Program-made: the position numbers and the translations under genes
Notes under the pieces: generated by a model
The model's input: the letters and a program-made list of their open reading frames with translations, nothing else
Told to the model about the DNA's origin: nothing
The model's database searches: none
In this document: positions 47,903 to 62,806 of the stretch, piece by piece
Layout: the number at the start of each line of letters is the position of its first letter
How positions within the stretch are numbered: position 1 is the stretch's first letter
DNA from: Candidatus Thalassarchaeum sp.
GTDB lineage: Archaea > Thermoplasmatota > Poseidoniia > Poseidoniales > Thalassarchaeaceae
Reading direction: 5' to 3'
DNA length: 64,000 nucleotides
NCBI GenBank assembly: GCA_016777225.1
Contig: JADHRW010000001.1
Location: 76,103 to 140,102 of the forward strand

Positions 47903-48705
47903 TTATATTCTAGTAATTCCCAAGCAGTTTTCAAATCACTAGTATTGATTTTTCCTTGTTGAGCGAGATGCCAACCGTTTTCCATTGTAGTGTATACAAT
48001 ATCCTGATTTAATAATGGGGCATGGATACGAGTCCAATCCCCTCCAGCACCTAACCCCATAATTGATAATTTATCCTCAGAATCTTTGGTTCTCCAGGCA
48101 ACATCGAATAGCCTTAATGCATCTTTCTTACCATTAGTATTGAAAACGATTTTTATTATGTCGCCTGAATTAGAATATTCGGAAATTTCTTCAACTATAT
48201 CTGCAGGAGAATTTGGGGATTCATCATAATGATTTGACGCAATAATTTTCGTATTTTTCCCAGCTAATTTTACTAATTTATTCCTTTCTTTTGTATCAAT
48301 ATCTGTTTCAAGATCAATCCAACTAACGCCGCTCTTAATAGCTTTTGAAAGTATTGCGATACGTTGTTTTTCAGTACCCGGATAATAGCCACCTTGTCTT
48401 TCAGGCCTACATGTCAAAATCACAGGTAATTCTATACCTGTTCTAAATGATATTAATGACGAATCGAGGTCAACTGAATCAATTGATTGAGATGCAAAAA
48501 TAGGTGCAACATAGGTTGTTCGGCGAGAATCTCCTGAGTCAGAATTAGTTGGTTCAACGGGTTCTGGTTTTTGTTCAATAACCCATAATTTATCCAGTCT
48601 AACTTCAACAATATCTGCCCCAACTGCAGTAGCTCTTGCAGCGTCTTTTAGCATCTCATCAACAGTGCAACCTGTTAGAGTAACGCATACCAGAGGTAAA
48701 CTCAT
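47899..48705 (-). CDS. aroD: 3-dehydroquinate dehydratase, type I
   Basis: LVCVTLTG, GADIVEVRLD, ILTCRP, ASNHYDESP and IIKIV (candidate Schiff-base Lys). The ATG at 48705 is preferred; the ORF track starts at GTG 48717. Confidence 0.75.
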   Translation of the reverse strand: MSLPLVCVTLTGCTVDEMLKDAARATAVGADIVEVRLDKLWVIEQKPEPVEPTNSDSGDSRRTTYVAPIFASQSIDSVDLDSSLISFRTGIELPVILTCRPERQGGYYPGTEKQRIAILSKAIKSGVSWIDLETDIDTKERNKLVKLAGKNTKIIASNHYDESPNSPADIVEEISEYSNSGDIIKIVFNTNGKKDALRLFDVAWRTKDSEDKLSIMGLGAGGDWTRIHAPLLNQDIVYTTMENGWHLAQQGKINTSDLKTAWELLEYN

Positions 48706-48860
48706 TACTCGGCGCACAAATAGAGTCCGTTTAATCGTGCCGAGTGTTTTCTCAGAGAAGAAAAACTAGAATGCCCTTTTTTAGAGCCTTTTAGACCTAT
48801 TTTGAGAAAGATGTCGAAAGCATTCAATAACCCCCTGACACCCCAATTATACAGTGATTT

Positions 48861-53587
<4,727 letters not shown>

Positions 53588-53633
53588 TTGAGACCGTTCT
53601 TCTTAAGCCATAATCAAAACTCGGATGGACACT

Positions 53634-53720
53634 GCGGCAGTCGCATAGCCTGGCCATTGCGCTGGATTGCTAATCCAGTGGTGTTTCACCTCGGGAGTTC
53701 GAATCTCCCCTGCCGCGCCA
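53634..53720 (+). tRNA. tRNA-Ser (anticodon GCU), class II long variable arm, CCA encoded
   Basis: Hand-folded. Acceptor GCGGCAG/CTGCCGC. Anticodon stem CTGGA/TCCAG with loop TTGCTAA. Variable arm GGTG-TTT-CACC. T arm GGGAG-TTCGAAT-CTCCC. Discriminator G, then CCA at 53718-53720. Confidence 0.9.
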
Positions 53721-53765
53721 TCATTCCGTAGGAGGTTTCTTGTTTACATCATATTCTCAAGTAAT

Positions 53766-54611
53766 ATGAATTACCTAGCCATACTGGGTTTTACTCTATT
53801 TGTTTTTATAACTATCATTATTTATTCGATATGGAGCAGAATTCGACACCTTACTCCATCTAATGATTTATCTTGGGTTAATGAGAACAAATATACAGCA
53901 TATGCCGAAATAAATAATGATGAAGTTGTTCTTAAAAATATAAGAGATTTTAATTGGAGAACTACCAAGGATTTTGATGAACGTTGGATAGAAAAAAAAT
54001 TTAAGATTTCAGATTGTACTAAAATATGGTTAGTTTTAGAATATTTTTATCCAACAAGAAGACCAATTGCTCATACTCTCCTAAGTTTTGAGTTTAAAGA
54101 TGGGACCCGAATTTCTTGTTCAATCGAGGTAAGGAGAGAACCTGGAGAAAGATTCAGTCCAATAAAAGGACTATTAAGAGAATTTGAAATAATGTATGTT
54201 TGGGCTACAGAGGATGATGTTATTGGAGTAAGAAGTAGATGCAGAAAATCTGAGACACATCTCTTTGAAGCAATAATTCTAGGTGAAGGGAATCAATGCA
54301 GAATGTTAGAATCCTATCTAAAAAGAACTAATCAGTTAAATGCAAAACCTGAATTCTACAATAGCTTATTTAATAATTGTACTACAAATATCGCATCTCA
54401 TGTCAATGATGTATATCCAGGAAGGGTACCTCGAGCCATTGGAGTGATACTACCTGGATTGAGTCCAAAACTATTGAAAAGAAATAATCTAGTTAAATTA
54501 AGAGGTGGTAGCATTAAGGAGGAAATGAAAATTAATCAAATAGAAACTAGAGCAAGATCTTGGGATCAAGATTCTGACTTTGGAGAAACGATAAGAAACG
54601 TGGACTCTTAA
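53766..54611 (+). CDS. Membrane-anchored hypothetical protein, DUF4105-like
   Basis: The preferred start is MNYLAILGFTLFVFITIIIY (TM helix), because the ORF-track start at 53667 lies inside the tRNA. YNSLFNNCTTNIASHV resembles the DUF4105 motif as I recall it. Confidence 0.45.
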   Translation: MNYLAILGFTLFVFITIIIYSIWSRIRHLTPSNDLSWVNENKYTAYAEINNDEVVLKNIRDFNWRTTKDFDERWIEKKFKISDCTKIWLVLEYFYPTRRPIAHTLLSFEFKDGTRISCSIEVRREPGERFSPIKGLLREFEIMYVWATEDDVIGVRSRCRKSETHLFEAIILGEGNQCRMLESYLKRTNQLNAKPEFYNSLFNNCTTNIASHVNDVYPGRVPRAIGVILPGLSPKLLKRNNLVKLRGGSIKEEMKINQIETRARSWDQDSDFGETIRNVDS

Positions 54612-54647
54612 CAAAAGTATTCAACAAGTACCCAACTATGCAAGGTT

Positions 54648-55850
54648 GTGGAAAGAATTGAACCCCTAGCGCCGCGAGGATTTTTTCAATATAAATTACC
54701 ACCTTCAAAAAGCCATATGATTAGACAATTAATGCTTGCATCAAAAGCAATTCAGGTTACCGAAATTAGATTTGAAGGAACACCTGGAGAAGATATTATT
54801 TCAATGAGCAATTGTTTAGAAAAAATGGGAGTAAATATAGAAAAATACCCTGATAAATGGAAAGTGTACCCTCCAAAAGATGGATTAGTCCCTCCAAATG
54901 AAACATTATATTGCGGAAATTCTGGTACTGTTGCCAAAATAATGACAGCTATATCTGCGAATTTTGATAGAGAAATAAATATAGATGGCGATGCATCTTT
55001 ACGAAGTAGAAGTAATGCTACACTATCATCATCTCTAAGGAAATTAGGATGCCAAATTTCATCAGATGGATTCCCTTGTATCGTTAAAGGGCCAATAAAT
55101 CCAACAGATATAGAAATTGATGCTTCAGAATCGAGTCAACCGATAACTGCATTGATTTTATCATCTACAGATTTTAAGAAAAAGATGAAGTTGACAATTC
55201 ATGGTAAGGAAGTAAGCAGAGGATATCTACAATTGACAACTAATTTAGCAAAACAATGGGGTTTAGATACAGAATTCATAGATGACTCGATAACACTTGC
55301 AAATTGGGAAGTGAAAACTCCTGATATCGTTCAGATACCTAGTGAAATGAGCCTTTATCCCATGGCTATTTTATTAGATAACCTGCATGAAAAGTTACAA
55401 GTAGAGGTTGAAACTCAAGATATAGATGAGTTGCTTTTAGACACGTTAGAAGTATTAGAAAATCCAGATATTACTAAAGTAAATCTTAGAGATGGTAGCG
55501 ACGTCATTACTCCTGCCGCAGCATTAATGGCAATATCTGAAGGAGGAGAAATTATTGGCGCATCTCATACTAAGGGTAAAGAAACTGATAGAATAATAAG
55601 AACTTGCGAATTATTAGAAAAATTTTCACTCGATTGTATCCCTAAGAGTGATGGATTGATATTGTCAGGAGGAAGTTATCCTAGAAAACCTGAGTCCCCA
55701 ATTGAAACACATATGGACCATAGATTAGCAATGACAGCAGTCATTTTAGCAACTTACTGCGGCGCTGAAATAAAAAATACAGAAATAATAAACGTCACTC
55801 ATCCGGATTTCATGCAGATGATTAATTCACTAAAATTACTTCAGCCATGA
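54648..55850 (+). CDS. aroA: 3-phosphoshikimate 1-carboxyvinyltransferase (EPSP synthase)
   Basis: PPSKSHMIRQLMLAS, CGNSGTVAKIM and DHRLAMTAVILA. The start codon is GTG. Confidence 0.9.
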   Translation: MERIEPLAPRGFFQYKLPPSKSHMIRQLMLASKAIQVTEIRFEGTPGEDIISMSNCLEKMGVNIEKYPDKWKVYPPKDGLVPPNETLYCGNSGTVAKIMTAISANFDREINIDGDASLRSRSNATLSSSLRKLGCQISSDGFPCIVKGPINPTDIEIDASESSQPITALILSSTDFKKKMKLTIHGKEVSRGYLQLTTNLAKQWGLDTEFIDDSITLANWEVKTPDIVQIPSEMSLYPMAILLDNLHEKLQVEVETQDIDELLLDTLEVLENPDITKVNLRDGSDVITPAAALMAISEGGEIIGASHTKGKETDRIIRTCELLEKFSLDCIPKSDGLILSGGSYPRKPESPIETHMDHRLAMTAVILATYCGAEIKNTEIINVTHPDFMQMINSLKLLQP

Positions 55851-57781
55851 CGACCAAAATGCTTGTCCATATGAACCTGTGTCAATCGTAGAATAGTGGG
55901 TCGACCATGTACACATGCCCAAGGATTAGGTACGGTTCGCATATCTAATAAAAGTCGTCGCATTTCTGATAAATTGAGTTTCTGATTAGCCTTAACTGAA
56001 CCTCGGCAAGAACGCATAAATGCCACCTTATCACGTAACTTTTCAACAATATCTACGCCATTAGATTCGGGACGAGATGAGATGTCAATTAGGATATCAT
56101 GAATAAACTCAGTTAGACTACTATCACCTAAAAGAACTGCTGGGACTGAAGTAACTAAAATAACCTCATTTAATTCTGAAAATTCAAAACCTAATTCAGA
56201 AAGTCTATCTGATTCAGAACGTGCGGCAGCTAACTCTCTAACGCCTAACGAAATAGGGATGGGGATGATTAATTCTTGAGGTGACCAATCTACCATTGAT
56301 TGCCTTAACCTTTCATATCTTATCCTCTCATGTAAAGCATGTTGGTCAATGATAAATAATTCACCATCTCCTTCCGCCAATATATATGAATCTGAAAATT
56401 GGCAGAGCACAATCATTTCTGGCAACTCAGGTATAATTGCTGCCTTAGGTTTTGGTTCATCAACTGGAGAAATTGATTTACCTGTGAAAGAAAGACGATG
56501 TAAGGATCGTTCTTCAGAAGATAGTGAAGGAGATACAGGATCAGGCTTTAATCCAGGTAATATTTCTTGTTCTAATTCATTAACCGAAATTTTAGTCTCA
56601 TATTTATTCGTGGGAGAGTTTGCAGTCCGTATACTACTAAAGTGTGTTTGTATTTTTTCTTCTGAGCCCACTTGAGCCCAAGAGGGAACAAAATCTTCAG
56701 ATTTTTGAGGGTTATCCGACTCGACACTAATTCCTTCTAATGGAGTTAGATCTTTGAACTCAGGTTGAGTCGAAATTCTACTTAATGTATACTGAATAGA
56801 ACGCTCTAATCTTTCTAAAACTCTCCATGAATGTTGTAATCTAACTTCACGTTTTGTAGGATGGACATTTACGTCAACTTCCTTGGTAGGTAAATTTAGA
56901 GAAATTACGCCAATCGGGTGTCTACCTACCATTAACCTGGTGTGATATCCACGCCTTATTGATTGAAGGAAAGGTCCTGTGCTAACTGGTCTACCATTAA
57001 CAAGAACATGGAAATCATCAGAACGCGAACGAGAAATACCTGGCGGGGATATCCATCCATCCCAAATTTCATCACCAGGTGCATCAAGATCTACTTTGGA
57101 AGATTCTAATGGAATCAATTTAGAAGAGGTGGAACCGAATAAATCATATAATCGATCTTCCATACCTTCACAAGGTGGACAATCAAGAACATTTCTTCCA
57201 TCAATTTCAACTAATATTCCGGTTTTTGGTTCACTTAAAGCTAAAGAAATTGCTACATCCACAATTGCTGCATTCTCAGTAGATGCCCTTCTTTGAAATG
57301 ACAAACGTGCAGGAATTTTCTCGAATAGATTGAGAACATCTACCTTTGTTCCCGGTGCAATACCAATGGGCTCCACGCTTCCAACAACTCCATTATCAAC
57401 AGTAATCGAATATCCATCTGCATCTTTCATTTTACTAGATAATATCATTTTACTGACTGCTGCAATCGATGCTAATGCTTCACCTCGGAAACCTTTGGTA
57501 ACTATTGTAGTAAGATCTTCGGGACCTGAAAGCTTGCTTGTCGCATGTCTCTTTATTGCTAATTTTAATTCATCTTTAGGGATACCATGACCATTATCGA
57601 TAACTGAAATTCTATTGAAACCACCTTTTTCAATCTCAATTCGTATTTTATTACTACCTGAATCAATAGAATTCTCTACTAATTCTTTTACTACTTGAGC
57701 AGGTCTTTCAACTACTTCGCCTGCTGCTATCTGGTCAATTGTTAGTTCATCAAGTTGTGAAATAGATTGACGAGTCGACAT
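55841..57781 (-). CDS. mutL: DNA mismatch repair protein MutL
   Basis: IAAGEVVERPAQVVKELVENSIDSG, DNGHGI and GFRGEALASI. Confidence 0.95.
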   Translation of the reverse strand: MSTRQSISQLDELTIDQIAAGEVVERPAQVVKELVENSIDSGSNKIRIEIEKGGFNRISVIDNGHGIPKDELKLAIKRHATSKLSGPEDLTTIVTKGFRGEALASIAAVSKMILSSKMKDADGYSITVDNGVVGSVEPIGIAPGTKVDVLNLFEKIPARLSFQRRASTENAAIVDVAISLALSEPKTGILVEIDGRNVLDCPPCEGMEDRLYDLFGSTSSKLIPLESSKVDLDAPGDEIWDGWISPPGISRSRSDDFHVLVNGRPVSTGPFLQSIRRGYHTRLMVGRHPIGVISLNLPTKEVDVNVHPTKREVRLQHSWRVLERLERSIQYTLSRISTQPEFKDLTPLEGISVESDNPQKSEDFVPSWAQVGSEEKIQTHFSSIRTANSPTNKYETKISVNELEQEILPGLKPDPVSPSLSSEERSLHRLSFTGKSISPVDEPKPKAAIIPELPEMIVLCQFSDSYILAEGDGELFIIDQHALHERIRYERLRQSMVDWSPQELIIPIPISLGVRELAAARSESDRLSELGFEFSELNEVILVTSVPAVLLGDSSLTEFIHDILIDISSRPESNGVDIVEKLRDKVAFMRSCRGSVKANQKLNLSEMRRLLLDMRTVPNPWACVHGRPTILRLTQVHMDKHFGRHG

Positions 57782-57788
57782 AGAAATA

Positions 57789-60551
57789 TCACTCCCCTAA
57801 TAAATCAGAATATTGAGATTTTTTAATTGAATCAATCATGGCATACAATACTTCTTGAGATTCTCTAGGGCTGAGATTATCTGGATCAAGAGAACGAAGT
57901 CTTTCAGAAATTTCTTGAAGAATAGGGTCAATTACTACTTGTTCTTTAATATTCAAAGACACTGATTCGATCTCATTCATATCAGTCTTATTTTGATTAA
58001 CAGAACCTAACATCCAACCGTAAATACTAGATTGGCCATCTGGCCTTGAATCGGGTGAATTTGAGGACCCGGCTTTGGCACCCTGTGCTTGACTTTCAAG
58101 GAATATAAGTAAATCTCTAGCGCGTTCAACGACAGAAATTGGCAGACCTGCCAATGCAGCAACCTGGACACCGTATGATTCGTCACAGGGCCCTTCAGAG
58201 ATAGTATGAAGAAAACGAATCTCTCCATTTACATCGGCTACTTGAACATGGATATTAGTTAGATTTTCAAATTCTGCATCTAATCCTATGAGCTGATGAT
58301 AATGAGTTGCAAAAAGAGTTCTGGCACCTAATCTTCTACAAATATCCTCAGTTACAGACCAAGCTATAGCGAGACCATCAAAAGTTGAAGTCCCTCTTCC
58401 GATTTCATCCAGAAGAATCAAACTTTTATCGGTAGCACGACGTAAAATATGAGCAACTTCAATCATCTCCATCATGAATGTTGAACGGCCTCGCCGCAAA
58501 TCATCATGGGCTCCTACTCTAGTAAAAACTCGATCAATTAATCCAATCTTAGCTTTTTCTGCCGGAACAAAAGACCCGGCTTGAGCTAATATAGATATTA
58601 ATGCGGTTTGACGAAGATATGTTGACTTACCACCCATATTTGGACCAGTTAATAATAAAAAACTCCTTTTCTTATCTAACCTAATATCATTGGGAACAAA
58701 CCTCCCATCAGATTCCAGAACAGGGTGCCTACCAGCAACTACTTCCATCTTATTATCTTCAGTAATTTCGGGTTTACACCATGAATTTTTTCGAGCATGT
58801 AGTGCAAATGATGACAATACATCCGTTATTGCTATTTTTCTAGCAATTGTTGATAATTCTGATGAGAAATTAGACACACTATCTCTGAGTTCGATAAAAA
58901 TTTCTTTTTCGAGAGCCTTTGCTCGATCATCTGCAGTCAAAATTATTTCTTCCCAACCAATTAACTCTTCAGTAGTATACCTTTCTGCATTGGTCATAGT
59001 TTGCCGACGCCGATAGTTTTCTGGTACCTTATCAACATGCGACTTAGTAATCTCAATAAAAAAGCCAAATTGACGATTATGCTTTATTTTAAGATTAGGA
59101 ATATCGAGTTTTTCTCTTTCTTGGGATTCAAATCCTTCCAACCAACTAGTGCCTTCACTTGTTTTCCCTCTCAATTCATCAAGTTGATTATCAACTCCAT
59201 ATCTAAAAATACCACCATCTCTTATTGATGCAGGTGGTTCATCAATAATTTTACTTGAGATAAGTTCTCTTAATGACTCCAAATTATTCAAGCCTGAAGA
59301 TGAATGATGTAAAAGCTCGGAGTTTCCTTCAGTAAGAAGTGTTTGGAGTTTAGGCATTCTTTCTAAACATTCAGAAATAGCAACTAAATCTCTTGCATTC
59401 GCTCTACCATAAGCTAACCGTGTCGATAGACGTTCTAAATCTCGCATCGATTTTAGTGACTCGCGAATTGAATCTAGTCTTCTTGGCGCCTTAAATAAAC
59501 TACTAACTGCTGAATGTCTTAATGCTATAGTTTCCTTATTTGTTAGAGGCCTCATGATCCATTCCTTGAGAAGTCTACGTCCCATCCAAGTTCTTGTACA
59601 ATCAATGGATTGTAAAAGTGAACCTTGCTTTTCACCTATCAATGTATGACTCAATTCTAAATTTCTTAGAGTGGTTTGATCAAGAACAAGATGGCCATCG
59701 TCAGCATCAAAATGTACCTCTCTTAAAGGCACGGTATCAATTAGATGTAAACGAGCAATATATCCTGCTGCAAGACCACATGCCTGAAGGGCTAATGGCC
59801 TAGAATCTAAATCTATACTTCCAAGATCAGAAACTTTGAGGTGCTCACGGACTGCTTGCAATCTTTCTTCTGAATTAGCATCATGGATACTCATTAATAT
59901 ATTATCTAAATCAGCAACTAAAGATAATATGACATCAGATAAAGCATCTTTCTTAGAGACTACTAATTCACTAGGAGACCATCTCTGAATTTCATCTTTA
60001 ATTCGCTCCCAACGACCGGCTCCTGATTGTTCCTGAATCCAAGATCTACCAGTTGATGAATCAAGGATTGCAAGACCAATCACATCTTCTTTAACTGATA
60101 AAGCTGCTAGAATACTTGAACCATCTTCTCCAATTAGATTCTCTTCATATAATGAGCCAGGAGTATATACTCGAGTAACGACTCTTTCAAGAATTTTAGA
60201 CCCTGGACGCAATTCTTCTTCTTGTTCACACATTGTGACTTTGTAACCAGCACGTAACATTGATTGAAGATATGACTCTATAGAATGCCAAGGTACTCCT
60301 GCCATTGGGACTGGATTATCTGAATTTTTATCACGACTAGTCAAAGTGATTCCAAGAACTTCAGATGCAATAACTGCGTCCTCATGAAACATTTCATAGA
60401 AATCACCCATCCTGAAAAATAGTATCGTATCGGGGTGCTGAGCCTTTATTTCAGCAAATTGATCCAACATCGATCTCTTCGTCATCCCTAATCCATCCAT
60501 TGCTAACGCCGGAGCGTGAGTTAGACCACAAAGCAGGGGGTGCATAAGCAA
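57789..60551 (-). CDS. mutS: DNA mismatch repair protein MutS
   Basis: FFRMGDFYEMF, LLTGPNMGGKSTYLRQ, DEIGRGTSTFDG and FATHYH. The true start is probably internal (ATG 60500 MDGLGM or ATG 60485 MTKRSMLDQF). Confidence 0.95.
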   Translation of the reverse strand: MLMHPLLCGLTHAPALAMDGLGMTKRSMLDQFAEIKAQHPDTILFFRMGDFYEMFHEDAVIASEVLGITLTSRDKNSDNPVPMAGVPWHSIESYLQSMLRAGYKVTMCEQEEELRPGSKILERVVTRVYTPGSLYEENLIGEDGSSILAALSVKEDVIGLAILDSSTGRSWIQEQSGAGRWERIKDEIQRWSPSELVVSKKDALSDVILSLVADLDNILMSIHDANSEERLQAVREHLKVSDLGSIDLDSRPLALQACGLAAGYIARLHLIDTVPLREVHFDADDGHLVLDQTTLRNLELSHTLIGEKQGSLLQSIDCTRTWMGRRLLKEWIMRPLTNKETIALRHSAVSSLFKAPRRLDSIRESLKSMRDLERLSTRLAYGRANARDLVAISECLERMPKLQTLLTEGNSELLHHSSSGLNNLESLRELISSKIIDEPPASIRDGGIFRYGVDNQLDELRGKTSEGTSWLEGFESQEREKLDIPNLKIKHNRQFGFFIEITKSHVDKVPENYRRRQTMTNAERYTTEELIGWEEIILTADDRAKALEKEIFIELRDSVSNFSSELSTIARKIAITDVLSSFALHARKNSWCKPEITEDNKMEVVAGRHPVLESDGRFVPNDIRLDKKRSFLLLTGPNMGGKSTYLRQTALISILAQAGSFVPAEKAKIGLIDRVFTRVGAHDDLRRGRSTFMMEMIEVAHILRRATDKSLILLDEIGRGTSTFDGLAIAWSVTEDICRRLGARTLFATHYHQLIGLDAEFENLTNIHVQVADVNGEIRFLHTISEGPCDESYGVQVAALAGLPISVVERARDLLIFLESQAQGAKAGSSNSPDSRPDGQSSIYGWMLGSVNQNKTDMNEIESVSLNIKEQVVIDPILQEISERLRSLDPDNLSPRESQEVLYAMIDSIKKSQYSDLLGE

Positions 60552-60642
60552 ATCGCTTAGCGCAATTAGAAATGTGCGATATCTCTATTACCTCATAGAT
60601 AAATTAGTAGAAGTTTTCGGATCATACATAAGTGGAGATACT

Positions 60643-61584
60643 ATGTCGAATAATAGTAATTTAAAAATTCACTTACTAATGCTGATGGTGGCAATTATTT
60701 GGGGATTGTCTTGGGCTATTGGGAGAATTCTTACATTAGAATTACCTGCTCTTTCAGGCGCTTGGTTAAGATATATTTTGACAATGATAATTTTCTATCT
60801 TTGGTTTGCTGCCATGGCTATAAATGGGAAAAAAGTAAGGTGGCTACCAGATAGTAAAAGAACATTAAAAAGTTTGACTATAATTGGTTTTACAGGAGTA
60901 TTATGTTACCAATTTTTCTTTATGCATGGGATGTATTATACCGCAGCTGGAGATGCTTCTTTGATAATTACATTTAATCCAATATTCACCGTAATTTTAG
61001 CCGCACCACTTCTCGGACAGCCGATATCAAGAAAGATGTTTTTAGGTCTTTTTTGTGGATTCTTAGGTGTAGGAGTAGTTACCGGGTGGAGCCCAAATAC
61101 ACAGATAGAATTTGAGGAGAGAATATTTGGAGATATATTAATTCTATTAGCATCACTATCTTGGGCAACTACCACAAATATGACTAAGCGCTTGATGGAA
61201 GGTAAAGATGGAGAAAATAACTATACTTCTTTAGAAATTGTTGTTTGGTACTCCCTAATTGGAACAATAATGCTTACTCCATTTATGTTATATGAAACTT
61301 GGAATTATGGAATATCATATCCATCTGAAGAAGGATGGTTCGCAATAATATATTTAGGAGGTTTTTCAACAGTTCTTGCATACTACTGGTTTACTATTGG
61401 AATCGAAAAATTAGGTGCGACTTCGGCTTCATCTTATATTTTCTTAGTCCCTGTATTCGGGATACTAGGAGGCTGGTGGTTACTAGATGAGAGGTTAGGT
61501 TATACTATGATTATAGGTTTCTTCATGATATTAATAGGTGTGAAAATTGTGCAACTTGAGAGTGAAAGACTTAGAACTTCTTGA
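60643..61584 (+). CDS. EamA/DMT-family transporter
   Basis: About ten TM helices in two EamA-like halves. The ATG at 60643 (MSNNSNLKIHLLMLMVAIIWG) is preferred; the ORF track starts at 60574. Confidence 0.75.
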   Translation: MSNNSNLKIHLLMLMVAIIWGLSWAIGRILTLELPALSGAWLRYILTMIIFYLWFAAMAINGKKVRWLPDSKRTLKSLTIIGFTGVLCYQFFFMHGMYYTAAGDASLIITFNPIFTVILAAPLLGQPISRKMFLGLFCGFLGVGVVTGWSPNTQIEFEERIFGDILILLASLSWATTTNMTKRLMEGKDGENNYTSLEIVVWYSLIGTIMLTPFMLYETWNYGISYPSEEGWFAIIYLGGFSTVLAYYWFTIGIEKLGATSASSYIFLVPVFGILGGWWLLDERLGYTMIIGFFMILIGVKIVQLESERLRTS

Positions 61585-61667
61585 TTTAAGATTAGTCAAA
61601 GATAGTTTCTTCTACTCACTTATTGTTAAATACGGTAGGCCAGTCGGCCGAAGTCGAGGTAGTTCAA

Positions 61668-62204
61668 ATGGCACGTAAGCCCGCATCCATGTACCGTCGA
61701 CTTAAGGGTCAGGCATTTACAAGACGTCAGTACACAGGCGGTGTACCTAATAATCGAATTCTACGTTACTTTATGGGTAATAGAAAGAAAGCAGAAGCAG
61801 GAGGATTTCCAGTTAAAATAGAACTCCTGGCTGATAATTCATGTCAAATCCAAGATAAGGCACTAGAAGCCGCACGTCAAGTTGCAAATGCAAGAATCAG
61901 AGATGCAGCTGGAGAAAACTATGCTCTGAGAATGCATACATACCCTCATCAAATCCTTAGAGAAAACAAGCAAGCTACAGGAGCGGGAGCAGATCGAGTT
62001 TCACAAGGTATGAGACAGGCATTTGGAAAGAATGTGGGAACTGCTGCACGCGTTCAAAGAGGACAAACCGTAATATCAATTGTAACCACTCCTGAACACT
62101 ACGTGGTTGCTAGAGATGCACTTCGTAAAGCAAATTGTAAATTCCCTACTCCTTGCACTATTAAGGTAGTTGAGGGTTCAGAGCATTTGGCGGGACTAGT
62201 CTGA
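61668..62204 (+). CDS. rpl10e: 50S ribosomal protein L10e (uL16)
   Basis: MARKPASMYRRLKGQAFTRRQYTGGVP. The ATG at 61668 is preceded by GAGGT 7 nt upstream. The ORF-track TTG at 61623 is probably an over-extension. Confidence 0.9.
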   Translation: MARKPASMYRRLKGQAFTRRQYTGGVPNNRILRYFMGNRKKAEAGGFPVKIELLADNSCQIQDKALEAARQVANARIRDAAGENYALRMHTYPHQILRENKQATGAGADRVSQGMRQAFGKNVGTAARVQRGQTVISIVTTPEHYVVARDALRKANCKFPTPCTIKVVEGSEHLAGLV

Positions 62205-62215
62205 GTGTGTAGGGC

Positions 62216-62794
62216 ATGAAGCCCAGCGACCCTCTATTTATTCTACATGAATCTCTACGAGGTTCACCTATAATTTGGAAAGGCGAATATCCATATTTTA
62301 TTCATCCTATTTCAGATGGAATACCTCGTATGGATGCTAAAGTTCTACGTGCAACTCGTGACTTGATTGTTGAAAGTGTGGACTGGTCAAAAATTGACTT
62401 AATTGTTACAGTTGAGGCAATGGGTCTACCTTTACTAGCAGCTGTTGGAGATGCTACTGGGAAACCAACTGTAGTAATCCGAAAACGCTCTTATGGTATG
62501 GAAGGAGAAACTAAAGTAGATGTAGCAACTGGTTATTCACAATCTACTGTTTACATTAATGATATAAATCCAGGTGAACGTATCTTGATTGTTGATGATG
62601 TAATATCAACTGGAGGCACACTAGAGCCTCTACTAGAAACTCTAGAGAATATGGGAGTAATTTTACAAGATATTGTTATAGCAATTGAAAAAGGAAATGG
62701 TCGTGAAAGACTTAATCTTGAAAGACCAAATTGGCCAATAAGATCTCTAGCAAGAATTGACATTATTGATGGAAAAGTCGAGATAGTAAATTGA
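62216..62794 (+). CDS. hpt: Purine phosphoribosyltransferase (archaeal hypoxanthine/guanine PRTase-like)
   Basis: PRPP-binding motif ILIVDDVISTGGTL. The N-terminal pattern LHESLRGSPI...YPYFIHPISDGIP is typical of the archaeal enzyme. Confidence 0.75.
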   Translation: MKPSDPLFILHESLRGSPIIWKGEYPYFIHPISDGIPRMDAKVLRATRDLIVESVDWSKIDLIVTVEAMGLPLLAAVGDATGKPTVVIRKRSYGMEGETKVDVATGYSQSTVYINDINPGERILIVDDVISTGGTLEPLLETLENMGVILQDIVIAIEKGNGRERLNLERPNWPIRSLARIDIIDGKVEIVN

Positions 62795-62806
62795 GGAGAT
62801 GAAAAA

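Noticed and set aside
53667-53765. The ORF-track start of the 314-aa ORF lies inside the tRNA-Ser gene.
   Set aside because: The first 33 codons translate tRNA and spacer sequence. The ATG at 53766 begins a clean TM helix and is the credible start.
53588-54647. tRNA-Ser as a possible integration site for a genomic island or mobile element.
   Set aside because: No integrase, transposase or phage-like ORF flanks it. I noticed no repeated copy of the tRNA 3' end nearby, though this was checked by eye and not exhaustively. The neighbours are housekeeping genes (gyrA, aroA).
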